From Zootoca vivipara (Eukaryota), in the NCBI RefSeq assembly GCF_963506605.1, contig NC_083288.1, forward strand, positions 29,636,001-29,700,000: a DNA stretch of 64,000 nt. Direction: 5' to 3'. The notes beneath the pieces are model-generated. The model was not told where the DNA came from. It searched no databases and saw nothing but the letters and a program-made list of their open reading frames with translations. Positions within the stretch are counted from its first letter, which is position 1; each line of letters starts with the position of its first letter. Below, one piece after another: positions 36,642 to 50,306 of this stretch. The translations under genes and the position numbers were made by a program.

Positions 36642-38067
36642 GTCTAAGCATAAGGAACTGTGAAGATACCATGACCAGTTACAGCTTCTAGATAAATTTT
36701 GATATGCAGACTCAAAATCTGCCATGTGTCACAAAGACATCTTGTGTTCCTCCACCTTAGATGTACCATTAATAATTTTGCATCTCTGATCACAAATCAT
36801 ACATTTAGAGAGGGACTGTCCATCATTTAGTGCATGTCTAACTCTTTCTCTTGTGCCACTGCTTTCATCAGGCAATCAGCTTTTTTGTTGATTGTCATTT
36901 CTTTTTATTTAAAGCTAAATAGTGGGTTTTCCTGGGGAATGGAGCAGGGAAAGGAGGAAACAAAACCATTCACACCCTTTGTTTCTAGCTATGGGAAAAG
37001 CAAAAGTGTGGATGAGCCCTTGTTTAGGAACTTCAGTGGAGAAGGACCTGTTCTGATTGGATTTAGGGATTACCTTTGGAGGGCAACCCATTTTGCCTCC
37101 ATAAGGCTAAGGAAAACACCCTAGATGGGGCTGTGAGATTCTTGCTAGGCAGTGACACTAATACCCATTTTAGGCGAAAATAGTCTATCCTAAACTAGTT
37201 TTAAACAAGAGCGTTGACTGTGGTTTAAAAGTTCTTTGTAAAGAGTTCTTGCCTGGAACTATTGTGCCCCACATAAGTAAAGTTTCTAAAATGAGGTGTT
37301 GTGTTTTAAGAGAGTGAATATTAATCTGGAATCCTTTTTGAATGTAAATATATAAAATTCTATCTTTGTTCCAGAAGTGCCTCCTCATTACTTTGAACCT
37401 TTGGTAGGAGATAATTGGACACAGGGCATACTTCACATAAGTAGAACACCTGACTTTTCTACTTAAGAGATGTTTCCAGTGTTGACACTAGGGAGCATTG
37501 CATCTTTTAAAAACCCAGGAAATTGGTCATGTTACCCAACTCCCATCTTTAGTGAGCGAATGTGACATGGGGGCCACTGACACAATTTCTCAGAATCTTA
37601 AAAAGCAAAACAAAATCACATCCTTTCAAAAAATATGACTGGAGTTTCATGTATCCTAACATATTCTAAAGTTTTGAACACAATATTCTGATTATGAACT
37701 GCGTATAGTTGTCTCCAGAGAAGGCATGGGAACTGCTTTGATATAGGTTTTTTAAAAAACAAACAAACAAACACCTGTTAATTTGGTTATTTATTCATTA
37801 GATTGTCAGTCACTATATTTTGCCCAGGGCAACCCAAGACAATATTGATGCACGTTAAATCCCACATAGATATGGAAACTCTGGAGACAAGTGGTATGTG
37901 CTACAAGGCCTCTCATCAACCCCAAAAGTAACCATACACAAATAGAAAAATAGCTGCTGGTCCTTGTATTTGAATGTCAAAAAAATCCACACATTTATAT
38001 ATGGGAGACCAGTATTAGCAGAAGCAAATCACAAATACCTTGCCTGCATTGCAAATGGTGGCTTCTA

Positions 38068-38302
38068 CCCTGTTTCTCATATTTTAAGACATACCCATAA
38101 AATAAGCCATAGCAGGATTTTTAAGCATTCAAGGAATATAAGCCATACCCCGAAAATAAGACATAGTGATAGGCACAGCAGCAATGCCGGCCGTGGCAGG
38201 AGGAGGAGGAAAAAAATAAGACATCCCTTGAAAATAAGCCATAGTGTGTTTTTTTGAGGAAAAAATAAATATAAGACATGTCTTATAATATGAGAAACAC
38301 GG
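38068..38302. mobile_element. Tc1/pogo-type MITE
   Basis: TIRs ccctgtttctcatatt..aagacat / atgtctt..aatatgagaaacacgg; TA duplication; empty site gcttctaggatg at 6212 and 54473. Confidence 0.88.
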
Positions 38303-38516
38303 TAGGATGCCCGACCAACTTTTTTTTCAGGTGGAACACTAGGGTATTTCCTTAAAGTTATTATTATTATTTTACTATTTGTTGGATTTAAATACCACCC
38401 TTCATCACAAGCTATCATGGCAGTTCACAAGATAAACACTTTGGTGAAATTTAGAGCACTGACCAAAACACAGGAAGGGGGGGAATGGAGCGGGGAACAC
38501 CTCACAGAACTCTCTG

Positions 38517-38786
38517 CAGTGGCGAAGGTGCACGCTCCAAAACCGGGGGTGGAGAGCAGTTGGGGGCATGGCTGGTGCACATTCTGGGGGCGTGGCATGC
38601 TGCCCACGGGGGTGTGGCACACGTCCCGTAGGCGTGGCATGCCACCCACGAGGGCGTGGCCACGTCCTGGGGGCCTGGTGCCCTGCGCCACGGGGTGTGT
38701 GTGGCATGTGTACAGGGGTGCGGCCACGATGGTCCCCCCCCCCGATGGTGTGGGGTCTGTGCACTACCCCCTTTCCTCCACCAGTG
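38517..38786. mobile_element. GC-rich hAT MITE (copy 3)
   Basis: As 6431-6702, with actctctg TSD. Confidence 0.85.
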
Positions 38787-39961
38787 ACTCTCTGTATCAT
38801 GAAAATAAATAAAAGCATTATTTATAAAGAATAGATTAATGAAACAAGTCTGAGAAAGTCAAGTTGAAACCAGAAGGATCCAGACAGACTTATGTAGCAT
38901 TATTATTATTTTAAGCATTATATAGTGTGCTGTTTAGAAATGGGAAGGCTTTGTTTGGTTTTGTTTTCTACACATCTTAATTATTTGTATTAGACACTGG
39001 GGCCAAGTATTTAGAAACACTACTTTTATCTCCTGAGTCCAAGCTTCCAGAGACACATTTGTGGGCTCTTGAGACCAAACTCTGAGGAGTGCATAGAAAC
39101 ACACACACACACACACACACTATAATTTTCCACTCCATGTTAAAATATTCATTTTGGAGGAGTAGACAGATATGTACTCTGTTACAGAAGAAAAGGAAGG
39201 GGTGGTTTCTTAATATACAGATGAAAATGAAGTGATGAAGAAATTGCATCTGGAAATCTACTTTCTATTAATGAAAAGTGTAAGATATTTATATTTTTAT
39301 AACTTTAGTGATACCTGAGTAGTTTTCAGAGGACTAAACGCAGACAGTACTTCTATAGTGGATTGTGTAGAATGGGGAAACCTGCTTGTTGCGGTCTCCT
39401 GGAACTTACTGAGACTCACATAGAATACCCAATGACCTGGTTTCCATGACATGCTAAAGCAAATTTTATCTTAGGAAGACTGCAAAAATGTTGAACCTCA
39501 TGGAGAGAAGAATACTGTAGCTTTGATCCTCCATGATCCTTTTTACGGTCAGCTCAAGCTTCACCAAGTTTTTTTTTAGCATGTCATCCAAGCTAAGGCT
39601 AGTGGTTAGCCTCTCTCCTCACCAACCATGAACCTCAACCAAGAACAAACCTTCATTGCAGCTCCAAGTGAGTGAGGAGGGAGCTGAAGCACCTTGTCTT
39701 GGCTTAGCATAATGTGTCAGCAAAAAGATCTGGGGAAGAGCAAAGCAGCTGTGACCCTCTACATTATACATGAATAACAATGTGGATTGTACACAGTATG
39801 CATTAAGGTTAAAAACATATAACAAAGCTAAGAACAGTTGAAACCTGTGTGATCTTAAGTAGGAAGCAGTTCAAAAGCATTAGGTGCACAATACAGAAAA
39901 CAGAAGACAGGTGAGTATGTGCCAAGTGTGTGAACTATTATCAGTGGCTATTGCCTAATGG

Positions 39962-40015
<54 letters not shown>

Positions 40016-40140
40016 CTAGTAGCACCTTGGTTTCCAAGGTGACCATCAAAATGCATGAATGTATCATCTGACACATAGGTCTCTTAACAAAAAGCAACTC
40101 TTAAAACACAAAGAGTAAGGTGTTTATATATATTTTTATA

Positions 40141-40176
40141 GTGCCTGGCGTGCTATGGTCCATGGGGTCACGAAGA
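40141..40176 (+). mobile_element. 36-bp RTE-BovB 3' fragment
   Basis: gcctggcgtgctatggtccatggggtcacgaaga inserted into ttttata|gcattag, which is intact at ~1530 and 46520. Confidence 0.7.
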
Positions 40177-41935
40177 GCATTAGTGATACCTGGATAGCTT
40201 TTGGAGAGCAAAATGCAGACAATACTACTATACTATAGTCTATTGTGTAGAATGGGAAATTGTCCTTGTTCTAGGTTTCTCCAGAAACCTAATATCGACT
40301 GCACATAGAAAAACCAGAGACCTGGTTTCCATGACAAGGTAAGCCAAATTTTAGCTCAGTGTGACTGCATAAATGTGCACCTCATGGAGAGAGGATTACA
40401 ATTGCTTTGCTACTCCATGCTCCTTTGTACAGCCCTCAGAAGCTATACCAGGTTTTGACTTAGCATATAATCCAAACCAGGACTAGTGGTTAGCCTCTCT
40501 CCTAACCCACCATGAGCTGCAACCAAGAACAAACCTTCACTGCAGCTCCTAATGAGGGAAGAGAGGGCTTTAGCGCGTCACTTGTCTTGTCTTCTCAGTG
40601 TGGCAGCAAAAAGATCTGGGAAGCAGCTAAGCAGCTGTAAACTTCTCTACAAGAGGTTACATATTTGTACATTCAATTTGTACATACATTTGTGCACAGT
40701 GTACATTATGGTTAGAAACATACAACAAATATTAAAACAGTTGAAACCTCTGTGATCTCAGATAGGAAGGAGTTGCAAAGCATCAGACCCAGAATACTGA
40801 ATGCCTGCCTCCTGGGAAGTAGGAGCTATGTGTCTGAGCCATGTGGAGCCACTACCAGTGACTCAGTCAAAGACCTCACTGATCAAACAGGGAAATTAGG
40901 AATCAAGCTGTTAAGGTATCCTGGACCCAAGTTGTGATGGCCATTGCACTGGACATTAACAAACAAAAAGTGAATTTGAGTCTGCATTATATGGGCATAT
41001 AATATGGGCACCTAATCCTCCTATTTTTAAGGATTACTGAAATTCAGTATCAAAATCGAAGTAATAACTATCCAAATGTGTGTTGTAAATATGGAGATGA
41101 TAGCAAGAGGCATCTGCCCTCTCCACATTTTTTCTGCAGACGTCCACATAGACAGAAAATATGCCAAGGATGGAGGCTGAACTGCAGCAGTGGCAACATT
41201 CATCTCCAAGTGATTGTGGTTAGCAGCATCTACTAGTTTTGAAACAGCAGTAGTTTATTTTTATTTTTTAATTGATGATTTTCAGTTATATACATTTCAA
41301 TTCAAAACTTAACCTTTCTGCATTTCCTTGAATTTATTTTTATCATTTCCTGCATATTCCTAATTACCTTAACTTATTCTTTTATTCATCTACCTTAATT
41401 GTATACTCTTATGAAACTGCAGTTTATTATAGTAATCCTGCCAATGTCTTTATCAGTTTACAATTTGTTTGTAAATATTCAATAAACCATTTCCCTTCTT
41501 TTATAAAAAGTTTATCTTGATTTCTTATTTTTCCAGTAAATTTCACCATTTCTGCATAGTCCACAAGTTTTTGTATCCATTCTTTCACTGAGACTTCTTC
41601 TTGCCATTTTTGGCACTGTAGTAGCATACATGAGCAAATTTCTATACTGTTTGGGAAGAGTTGTACTCCTATAATTCCCAGGAGGGGAAAAAAAAGAATA
41701 CTTAGGAGTAACTTATTTTAAGATAATGGTGCATTATCTATATGGAGTTGAAAGCTAAGTTCTCCTTTAGATGAAGATTTATTATTAAACCTTTTTTTTT
41801 CATTTCTATCTTTTAAATCTACATCCCACAAAAACCACACCCAAAGCAGTATTGGATAGCAAATATTTGTTATCAGAAGAGGACTTAAATCTATGCTTGT
41901 CTTCCTGTTTTCTTCTAGAAGCAGCAATCATTTTA

Positions 41936-42916
41936 ATGATGAATGCAAAGATAGGCAATGAATCCTCTGTCTCTGAATTTCTACTCCTGGAGTTTTCAGC
42001 TGTACGGGAACTGCAGATTCTACACTTCTCTCTGTTCCTGGTATTGTACCTGGCAATTGTATTTGGGAATCTTCTCATCATCTCTGCTGTAGCTTTTGAC
42101 CTCCACCTTCACACTCCCATGTACTTCTTTCTGATGAACCTGGCCATACAGGACATAGGGGCTGTTTCAGTCACCATCCCCAAATCCATGGCCAATTCTC
42201 TCATGAGTATCAGACACATATCTTATGCTGGATGCATTGCTCAAGTGCTTTCATTTGTTTTCTTTTTATCATCTGATGTTGCCCTTCTTACAGTCATGGC
42301 ATACGATCGCCATGTTGCGATTTGCAATCCCTTACAATATGAAATGGTGATGAACAGGGCAGCCTGCAAACAAATGATTGCTGGTGTGTGGGTTGCTGGA
42401 ATTTTCAATGCTGTCATGCACACGAGTGCAACTTTTGCAACCCCTTTCTGCTCAAACATTGTCAATCAGTTTTTCTGTGAGATCCCACAGTTACTCACAC
42501 TTGCCTGCTCTAATCTCTACCTAGGAGAAATTGTAGCAATGTTGCTGAGCATAGTATTTGTGTTTGGATGTTTTGTCTTCATTGTTGTCACTTATGTACA
42601 CATTTTTACTGCAGTTCTGAAACTCCCTTCTGTAAAGGGAAGGAAAAAGGCCTTCTCCACTTGCATACCCCACCTTGTTGTCTTCTCTGTGTTTTGTTTC
42701 ACGGCATGTTTTGCTTACGTTAGGCTTCCCTCTAAAACTCCATCTGACCTGGACTTTGCATTAACTGTGATGTATACCATTCTCCCACCATTGTTCAATC
42801 CAATAATTTACAGCATGAGAAATAAGGAGATAAAAAATGCTTTATCAAAGCTGTTGGGTTTGAGGCAATCTTCTCTGGATATATCTTCCAAGCTTGTTCT
42901 CAAAAGTTATAATTAA
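41936..42916 (+). CDS. Olfactory receptor family-14-like, intact ORF, A/B chimera (OR7)
   Basis: Type-A N-terminus MMNAKIGNES with type-B C-terminus LGLRQSSLDISSKLVLKSYN and type-B 3' flank; MAYDRH in place of MAYDRY. Confidence 0.93.
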   Translation: MMNAKIGNESSVSEFLLLEFSAVRELQILHFSLFLVLYLAIVFGNLLIISAVAFDLHLHTPMYFFLMNLAIQDIGAVSVTIPKSMANSLMSIRHISYAGCIAQVLSFVFFLSSDVALLTVMAYDRHVAICNPLQYEMVMNRAACKQMIAGVWVAGIFNAVMHTSATFATPFCSNIVNQFFCEIPQLLTLACSNLYLGEIVAMLLSIVFVFGCFVFIVVTYVHIFTAVLKLPSVKGRKKAFSTCIPHLVVFSVFCFTACFAYVRLPSKTPSDLDFALTVMYTILPPLFNPIIYSMRNKEIKNALSKLLGLRQSSLDISSKLVLKSYN

Positions 42917-43149
42917 AGAGATTTCCTGGAACAGAGCATCATTTCAAGTGAAATCTTCCTCATAGATTCAGATATACAAACTGAACATCTGTATTGTTTT
43001 AAATGGACATCTTGCATTCCTTCAGCTCAGCTGTATCTTTCACACTTTTGCTTGTCAGATCCCATGGCATGTTGATAATACATTTACGTATGTATGTTGA
43101 CATTCATACCCCATTGTTCACTTGCATGATTCTTAAAGTGGCCTACAGT

Positions 43150-43811
43150 GACCGTGCCCCATATAAAAGGGGTGCACATTTTGCACAGTTGCATGTAGCC
43201 CCCTGGGAGCCTCAGGCAGTCCCTGGCAGTTTGGATGCTGGTTCCACCTTCCCAGGCTGGATACCTGTCATCTCCGCGCACACAGCCAGCCGTCCAATCC
43301 AGCCGGGGGAGGTGTTGCCAGGTGTGGGGGATTGGCCAGGTTGGAGGAGGTAACTATCCGGTGCCCAGAGCAGAAGTGAGACATACCTGGGAAGCATTAG
43401 GCGGCTCCAGAGCTTTCCCACCCTCCAATCCCAAAAGTTAATGCTTACATTACAGGTTAACCCCCTTTTTTCTTCCGCAGGTGAATATGCACGCAGGAGC
43501 TGCTACGACAAGGCCGCTGTTGAAGGGCTGGAAATGACTTTCCTTGCATTGGCAGGGGGCGGGCTATCTGCTTGAACATATGTTCTCCAGAGCTAGCCCA
43601 ACCCCCATATATGCTGGATAACCCAGAAATTACCCAGATCCCCGGCTGGGGGGTTGGGAAGGATAAACGCCCAATGTCTGTGCCAAGATCTCCCTACCCC
43701 TAAATCTTAATAAAGTTGTGGCCAATTTTGATCCCATAGAACATTGTCTGGTGGTGTTATTCTGCTTGGCGGCTGCCTGGGGTTTTGGGGGTCTCTGCCT
43801 GACCACACAAA
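43150..43811 (+). mobile_element. Non-coding insertion without TSD, DIRS/Ngaro-like terminal repeat
   Basis: Empty site gcctacagtaggctg at 26307 and 58468; carries aataaagttgtggcc; ends cacacaa. The family assignment is my recollection-based inference. Confidence 0.55.
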
Positions 43812-44140
43812 AGGCTGAACACATCTCAGCAACCCTTAATCTTCTAAAATATGGATAGCAACAGGTCATGTTTCCTTTCAGCTCTGACACCCTGCAGCAT
43901 GTAAACAGCAATTTTAACCTAGTATTCAGGTTTTCAAGGTAGTGATAGCACTTAGATGAAAATATTTTTTTTTGGGGGGGGGGGAGTAGGAATTCACAGA
44001 ATTACTAGAATGTCACATGCACACATATCTGAATTAACATCTCAGCAAAAAGTACATGCATCTTTGAGGCAGTCAGAAACACAAACACTTCCCTGTGGTA
44101 GGGAAGTTTCAGAATGCATGGGGGGATGCAACTTCTTTGC

Positions 44141-44142
<2 letters not shown>

Positions 44143-44185
<43 letters not shown>

Positions 44186-44403
44186 TTATTTATACCCCGC
44201 CCATCTGGCTGGTTTTCCCCAGGCACTCTGGATGGCTTCCAACAGAAAAAAGAAATAAAATAATCTATTAAACATTAAAAGTCTCCCTAAACAGGGCTGC
44301 CTTCAGATGTCTTCTAAAAACCTGGTACCTGTTTTTCTCTTTGACATCTGATGGGAGGGCGTTCCACAGGGTGGGCGCCACCACCGAGAAGGCCACCACT
44401 GAG
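44143..44403 (-). mobile_element. L2 3' fragment with (TTA)n tail
   Basis: Matches 26930-27165; empty site ctttgcaaaaatatg at 26631. Confidence 0.9.
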
Positions 44404-45654
44404 AAAATATGTTGCCATCTAAAGGAAGCTCAGGAGAAAATACAAAAAAGAGAAACCTCCTCACTGGACAATGCAGATTTTTACATCACTACTGAAATAA
44501 GAACAGAACAGGTACCAGAGGTATTCACCATTCCCTTAGAAGCAGCATAGATAAAGGTGATTGCAATGGTCAGATCTTGAGTCAGCAGCAGTCAGAGTTT
44601 ATTAAAACACCAACCAATCTGGAAGAACTGGTGAGTCAAAAAATACAGAACTTTGCTGTCAAACAGAGTGGGATTGTATGTCAGCTAGATAGAGGGACTA
44701 TTTGTCAGTTAGACAGCAACCTGGAGAGAGAAGGACTTTTTCTGATTGGGATTAGGAACTAGCTAAACATGGATGACCAATTTAATTCCTTGAAGGGGAA
44801 TTAAAAAGTTTAGGAGAAGTTGTAAGATAGTTGCTAGGGCAGTGAAACAAATGCCCATTATAAATGGAAATAATCTATCCTGCAAAGAGGTTTGAAGAAA
44901 AGTGCTGACTGGGGTTTTAAAGTTCAGTGTAAAGAGTGTCTGCCTGAAACTACATATTGTGTCTTACATGAACAAGCATGAGTAAAATGAAGTGTCGTGC
45001 CTTTGAAGAGTAACCATTAAGTTGGAAGACACAATGAGTGTAAGTAAACAGATGTATCCAGTGTTGTTACTAAGGAGAGTTGTATCTTTTAAACACTGAG
45101 AAAATTGGTCATGCTATCCAGTAGCGTGTCAAGACCCTCAAACCAACCCCCCGTTGGAAGAAAGAACTTCAAACGGACACAGAATTTAAGTTTAAGGTTA
45201 TTGGGCAAATTTTGGCCACAACTTTATTGATTACAAATGTGAGCGGTATTGGCTTAGGCATTGGCTAAAGACTATATCTTTTTAGGATTTCCCCCCGGGT
45301 GAAATCTATGGTATTTCCTCAGCGTTTACACCTGGTTGAAATTTAGTGGTGGTTCATGCATTGCCCAGAGCTTTTAGCACAGTGGAGATAAGCAGTGAGA
45401 CTGACTGTGAGGTGGTATGTGGCAAATGATAGTTTAAAAATGGCCAGTCTCTACTGTGTGTCTGAGTCATGTGGAGCCACTACCAGTGACTCAGTCAAAG
45501 ACCTCACTGATCAAACAGGGATATTAGGAATCAAGCTGTTAAGGTATCCTGGACCCCAGTTGTGATGGCCATTGCACTGGACATTAACAAACAAAAAGTG
45601 AATTTGAGTCTGCATTATATGGGCATAATATGGGCAGCTAATCCTCCTATATTT

Positions 45655-45836
45655 AAGTATCCAACTATAAAATGGACCACCTTCGACTGTCTACTTGCAC
45701 GGGACACTCTCGTGGCAGGAGAGGGCCTGTAGAGGGGAGGTTGGAAGAAGGTGGGGAATGTTATGTATGTATTGTTTTGTTTTGTATGTATTGTTTTGTA
45801 ATGTGTAAAATCAATAAAAAAATATTTTTTAAAAAA
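45655..45836 (+). mobile_element. L1-like 3' end at a rearrangement junction
   Basis: G-rich then T-rich 3'UTR, aataaa and A tail; the two flanks come from non-adjacent parts of the duplication unit. Confidence 0.6.
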
Positions 45837-48550
45837 TGTGTGATGTCACAGGGTTATAAGCACAAATCCCATTACAACCAAAGGTGACCGTCAAAGTGCA
45901 TGATGGTATCATATGACACATTGGTCTCTTAACAAAAAAGCAACTCCCAGATCATATCAAATACAGGACTCAGATTGCCAAGTATTCAAATGCCACAGAA
46001 AGCATCTACTTCAGATATTATAAAAGGGAGGAAAGAATGGCAGAAGTAGGAGGAACACAGTGTGTGTGGGGGGGGGGGACTGAGCTATCATATCTCATAC
46101 AAGTATTTTAAATATTATATAGTAAGTTGTTTTGAAGCAGGATGGTTTATTTACATACCTTGATTATTTGTGTTTGTCCCATAGGGCAAAGTCTTTAAAA
46201 ACCCACCATGGTTGTTTTGTGTAGGACTCCTGAGTCCAAGCATCCAGAAACACAATTGCTAATTTGTTTGGGGCTCTTGAGATCAAACTCCCAGGAACAT
46301 GAATAGAATAAAAATAATAATTTCCACCCAATGGTAAAGCATCATTCTGCAAGTGTATACAAACATTTTCACTGTCTCAGGAGAAAAGGAGGGAGAGATT
46401 TAGAAGAAAATGTTCCATGAGTGGCTAGAAAAATATAGAACATCTTAAAGTGATGAAGAAATTGCATCTGGAAATCTATTTTCTATAAAGGGAAAGAGTA
46501 AGGTGTTTATATTTTTTATAGCATTAGTGATACCTGGATAGCTTTTGGAGAGCAAAATGCACACCATACTACTATAGTCTATTGTGTAGAATGGAAAATT
46601 GTCCTTGTTCTAGGTTTTTTAAAAACAGCCAGTCTCTACAAGTGCATGGACTGAACTGAGATAGGGAAAAAGAATACTCTTCAGATGGTTATATGGGCCA
46701 TCTCTACAGGTGGGTCAGCCCACAGAATGTCAAGTCCATACACTCATCCTACAGTTAAACGCATGGTAACTGATGGCGTAGTATTTAAAGGAGACATTAT
46801 ACTCACAAATAGCCTCAGACTAGTGCAGTGGTGAGCAGCCATTGGACTAGGGGACTTGGCTAGTCCCCTAAATGTTCCCCTGGTGCCTCCTTCCCAAAGC
46901 CCAGGAAGCTTCTGCACAGCTTAGGCATCGAGGTGCGATGCTCACATGCCCGACATCAGGACATCACAGCGTCACACACATAACATCGACCCCCGCATGC
47001 CTTTGCAAGCTAGTGCCTCTGGCCCTAACTTATCACCTATGAGAAATTTCACTGCCTGCCACTAGACTAGCGGGGTGGCAGAAAGCAAAATAAAAATTAT
47101 AAAGAATTTGCTGTAAAAAGCCTTAGACTCAAAACTGAGCTTGATTTGGTATTACAAAATGATTGGGTCACATAACTAGCTAAGCGCTTATTTAATAGAA
47201 AGCTCAGGACTAGACTACAATGTGCAGAACACTCTAACTCTGATTTAACACAAGGCGTTCAGTACAGGGTTATAAGCACAAATCCCACTACACCCAAAGG
47301 TGACAATCAAAAAGGCATGATTGTATCATATGGACACATAGGGCTCTTAACAAAAAGTAACCTCCAGATCATATCAAATACAGGATTCAGATTGTCAAGT
47401 ATTCAAATGCAACAGAAAGCATCTACTTCAGATATCATAAAAGGGAGGAAAGAATGCCAGAAGCAGGAGGAACACAGTGGGGGGTGGACACACTGAGCTA
47501 GTCATATCTCACACAAGTATTTTAAATGTTATATAGTAAGTTGCTTTGAAACAGGATGGTTTTTTTACATACCTTGATTATTTGTGTTAGACTCCTGGGA
47601 CAAAGTCTTTTAAAAACTTACCAATGTGTGGACTGAACTGAGAGAGGCTAAAGATGATACCCTTCAGGTGGTCATACAGGCAGCCTATTGACACCTGTTA
47701 GCACACAGAACGTCAAGTTCATACAATCATTATACAGTAGAGTTCATGGTAATTAATGGAGTTGTATTAAAGGAGACTTGCAGTACCCAAAACACAGTAG
47801 GCACAAATACAAAGTACAGAGCATACTGAGATAGAGAAATGCAAGAAAAAAGTCAGATAAATTTTACACTGGCCTCAAGTGAATGGGTGTATAGATAAAA
47901 AGGTTACAGGCTACCCTATAAGTCAAATATATGACGATGGAGGACATAAGGAATCAATGGGTATTAAGAAAGCAACAGTAGAATTTTGGTCCAAGCTGGG
48001 AATAGATTTGTTTACATGGTGGGGATGTGACTATTTGCTAGTCAGATATTCTTACTCAAATTTGTTGTGATATACAGCTACTGATTCACATTTGTGTGCA
48101 TGAAAGGGTTAACCTGAGCCCTGGGATCAAGTTGCATGTATAGTGGAGTTAGCAGGCTCCTAGCTGCTATTGCCCCTTCCCTCTTGTTTTTCTCTAGCTG
48201 CTGCTTCCTGGAACAGGCTAAAGCTGCAATATGGCTCTCAGCTGTAAAATAAACCAAGTGACCTGAATCTTTACAGTATACGTCCTTGCTAACCAAAAGA
48301 TTGCATGTTCCTTTTTGCAAGGAAATGAAGCTATTTTCTTTTCGAGACAATTTTCGAGAACACTTTGACTTCTTTAATTTTTGTACTGCCGATGGATAGA
48401 GACTTGCTTGCTGTAAGGTTTGAAACTCTGTGAGTAAATATCTTCACATATTTGCCAAGCTAAGTGTCTATGATTTGTTCTAGCTGAAGTATGTTTACAG
48501 GGAATCCAGCTAACTTTTAATGTGCTTGGAGAAATAACCATTGTGCTAAT

Positions 48551-48794
48551 CAGGGGTCAGCAAACTTTTTCAGCAGGGGGCCGGTCCACTGTCCTTCAGA
48601 CCTTGTGGGGGGCCGGACTATATTTTGAAAAAATATATGAACGAATTCCTATGCCCCACAAATAACCAAGAGATGCATTTTAAATAAAAGGACACATTCT
48701 AATCATGTAAAAACATGATGATTCCTGTCTGCGGGCCTTATTTAGAAGGTGATTGGGCCGCATCCGGCCCCCGGGCCTTAGTTTGGGGTCACTG
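48551..48794. mobile_element. hAT/Charlie-like MITE (paralog of 12772, single internal unit)
   Basis: Same termini and flanks as 12772-13167. Confidence 0.85.
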
Positions 48795-49478
48795 TGCTAA
48801 CTCAATCAAAAGTATCCTGAAATAGTCACACTTGAGGGCTATTTTTTCCCCAGGCATGGGCCGTAAGTTTGCATCACAGGTACTTGAGAAAATTCTTTTC
48901 ATGTTACTTCTAGTTTCAAAAAGTCCTGCTAGTGGGCTGGCAGAAAGTGAAGTGAAAATTACATGGTATTTGCTGGCGGGACTCAATACAGATCCTTATT
49001 TGACATTACAAAGTTACAGGGCCACATCTATGGAGCAGGGATGCTCCCCTGATGAGCTCCTGTTTCATAGTAAACTCAGGACCAGGCTACCATGTGTGTT
49101 AACACCTTAACTCTGATTTAACACAAGGTGTCAAGTCCCAGATACATCAGCTACTGAGACAAAAGTGATATTATGGCACAGGGTTATGAACGTAGATTCC
49201 TCTGCAGCCAAAGGTGAGGGTTGGATAAATGATGGTGTTTCAGGGACACATAGGATGTTGTTAATGAAGAACTAGTTCTCAGACCATATAAAATACAGAC
49301 CTCAGATGAACAATGCAATAAACACCATCACCTCCAGATTTCCTAAATGGGAGAACACAGTGGGGAACACTGAGCTAGTTATATCTCACACAACTATCAG
49401 AAATGAGTCTGTGAAGGTCCAGTTGAAACAAGAAGGTTCCAGAAAGACTTATATGTCATTAACATCATCACTATTAAT

Positions 49479-49876
49479 CATACTTGCCATGTTCCTGCCA
49501 GAAAAATAAGGGATCGGACCGGAAGTAGCAGACTGGAAGAAGCGCTGCCGCCATTTTGGAACTGGGCGGAGCATGCTCAGAAGCGACTTTTGGTGCTGCT
49601 CTGCTCAGTTCCAAAATGTCCGCCGCGCTGCAGCCATTTTGGAACTAGGCAGAGCAGCATCAAAAGTCACTCCTGAGCATGCTCCGCCCAGTTCCAAAAT
49701 GGCCACCGCGCCAGAAAACGTTTATGTGCATGTCCAGAGACTCCAGACATGCGCAGAAGGAGCCTCCCCCGGCCAGTAAGTAAACCGGGAAAAAAACAAA
49801 AAAATCATTTTTTTCAGCTTGGAACAGCTGGAAAAAGGGCGGTTTCCTGGGGAATACGGGAGTCTGGGCAGCTATG
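49479..49876. mobile_element. hAT MITE (paralog of 13853)
   Basis: ctattaat TSD and the same TIRs. Confidence 0.85.
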
Positions 49877-50259
49877 CTATTAATAGTATTAAATAATATG
49901 GGTTTTTTAAAGAAACAGGAATATAAACAAATCTACGTGTCGGTGGTTTATTCTAGCTTAAATATTTTCATGAGCAATGTTTGTTTAAAGGTGGAAGTTT
50001 CCATACTTTGGTGGATTTGTGTTGGACTCCTGGGACCAAGGCTTAACAAACCCCACTGCTGCTTTTTGTGGGACTCCTGAGTCCAAGCAACAAAGGAACA
50101 CAATTGCTGATTTGTTTGAGGCTCTTGAGACCAAACTCCCAGGAACATAACTATAACAATAATAATAAATTTCCACACCATGGTAAAATCTTCATTCTAC
50201 AAGAGTGTAGAAACATGTTAACTTTCACAGAAGACAATGCAGGTGATTGATTTATCTAT

Positions 50260-50306
<47 letters not shown>
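50260..50306. repeat. (CAT)n microsatellite
   Basis: Direct reading. Confidence 0.95.
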
